The notes under the pieces were generated by a model. The model ran no database searches and was not told the origin of the DNA. It saw only the letters and a program-made list of their open reading frames with translations. Made by a program: the position numbers and the translations under genes. From Halodesulfurarchaeum sp. (lineage in GTDB: Archaea > Halobacteriota > Halobacteria > Halobacteriales > Halobacteriaceae): a stretch of DNA of 64,000 nt. The DNA lies in assembly GCA_034520565.1 (NCBI GenBank), contig JAXHNL010000002.1, positions 1,024,001-1,088,000 on the forward strand, given 5' to 3'. How positions within the stretch are numbered: position 1 is the first letter of the stretch; each line of letters opens with the position of its first letter. This document shows positions 62,950 to 64,000 of this stretch, one piece after another.

Positions 62950-63403
62950 CCTCGGACCCGCCCTCTGCAGCTCCCTGGACCGTCATTACCGGGGCCGACG
63001 CGGAGCGAACGACCCGCTCGGCGACGCTTCCCAGGAGGAGTCGATCCAGCCCGCCGCGGCCGTGGGTTCCCATGACGATGAGGTCGGCGTCGATCTCGTC
63101 TGCGTACTCGACGATCTGCTGGCTCGGCCGCCCCTCCAACCGGACGAGTTCCACGGGCACGTCGCGGAGGGCCGCCGCGTCATCGACCATCTCGAGTGCC
63201 TGTTCGCCCTCGCGTTCGAGGGCCGCGGAAACACCCTCCCAGGACCCTTCGGTCGGCACGCCGGAGAAACTCGCAATGTTGACCACGTAGACGCCGTAAA
63301 TCGTGGCTCCCTGGGACGCAGCGAGCTCGACGGCGTGATCGATCGCCTGTTGGCTCGAGGCCGACCCGTCCGTCGGGACGACGATCCGCTCATAGAGACT
63401 CAT
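62950..63403 (-). CDS. Universal stress protein (true stop not identified; 3' coordinate approximate)
   Basis: YERIVVPTDGS, DLIVMGTHGRGG..LLGSVAERVVR; the frame runs on to 62648, antisense into the SDR gene. Confidence 0.82.
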
Positions 63404-63429
63404 TACCACGAAATGGGCCCGCTCGCCCC

Positions 63430-64000
63430 TTAACTGTTCCCGGGGAGGTGGACCCGTTCGACGTCGGCCACGCCGGCCCGCCTGAGGCGACGGCCACGGA
63501 TCGGGTCATGATACCCGGCGAGGTTGTCCGTGTCGCCGTCGAGGACGACCAGCCTGGCTGGTTCGCCTTCCGCGATACTGCCGCCCGGGCGGTTGGCCAC
63601 CGTCGCACCGGCTCGGGTCGCCATCTCGAGGACGGTCGGCGCGTCGACGTCACAGCACTTCGCGAGAAACTCCATTTCCCGAAACATCGAGGGACTGTTG
63701 AGCATCACGTTGTCCGTCCCGAGCGCGACGGTCGTGTACTCCAGGAGTTCCGAGACCGGCGGGAGACCCACTCCGGTGACGAGATTCGACCGGGGAGAGA
63801 CGACGATGGGGATTTCCAGGTCCGCGACCCGTTCGAGGTGCTCCCGTTCGGCGTGGACCATGTGGACGAGGTGGTCCGGTTCGAGGTCCAGCGCGGCGTC
63901 GATATCCGACCTGTCCTGCTCGCCGGCGTGAATGGCAAAGGGCTTCCGAGCGTCGGCGGCGGCCGCTCGCGCCGCGTTGAAGTCGCCGTCGTTGGTGCCG
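63430..64000 (-). CDS. Amidohydrolase / nucleoside deaminase family protein, 5' part outside window
   Basis: FAIHAGE, HLVHMVH, SPRSN, ALGTDN, MATRAGA. Confidence 0.85.
   Translation of the reverse strand, partial: GTNDGDFNAARAAAADARKPFAIHAGEQDRSDIDAALDLEPDHLVHMVHAEREHLERVADLEIPIVVSPRSNLVTGVGLPPVSELLEYTTVALGTDNVMLNSPSMFREMEFLAKCCDVDAPTVLEMATRAGATVANRPGGSIAEGEPARLVVLDGDTDNLAGYHDPIRGRRLRRAGVADVERVHLPGNS

Overview
High-GC haloarchaeal (Halobacteria) chromosomal segment, mostly housekeeping. It contains a RAD55/KaiC-like ATPase, an FNT-USP fusion, cobT, the adk-DUF106-cmk-cbf5 cluster, trkAH, trpDFEG, an intein-containing class II ribonucleotide reductase (nrdJ), malic enzyme, the RFC large subunit, HMG-CoA synthase, gcvT-H-PA-PB, a PduO-type adenosyltransferase, an APC-USP permease and sucCD. 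There are four tRNA genes: Pro-GGG, Val-GAC, intron-containing Met-CAT and Val-CAC. The most unusual signal is non-coding. Both tRNA-Val genes, 34 kb apart and on opposite strands, are followed by highly structured cassettes of exactly 143 bp, each ending in a copy of the tRNA 3' end. Val-GAC has two divergent units in tandem; Val-CAC has one unit that is 140/143 identical to the distal Val-GAC unit. A second shared palindromic element follows at both loci. Also notable are a decayed virus-like remnant fused to a truncated chemoreceptor next to tRNA-Pro, and a pilin-like gene with an AT-rich, apparently swapped C-terminal domain. Many single-base frameshifts and two in-frame stops suggest consensus errors in the assembly and/or pseudogenisation, so individual pseudogene calls are provisional. 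All family assignments are from motif recognition by eye; no database search was run.
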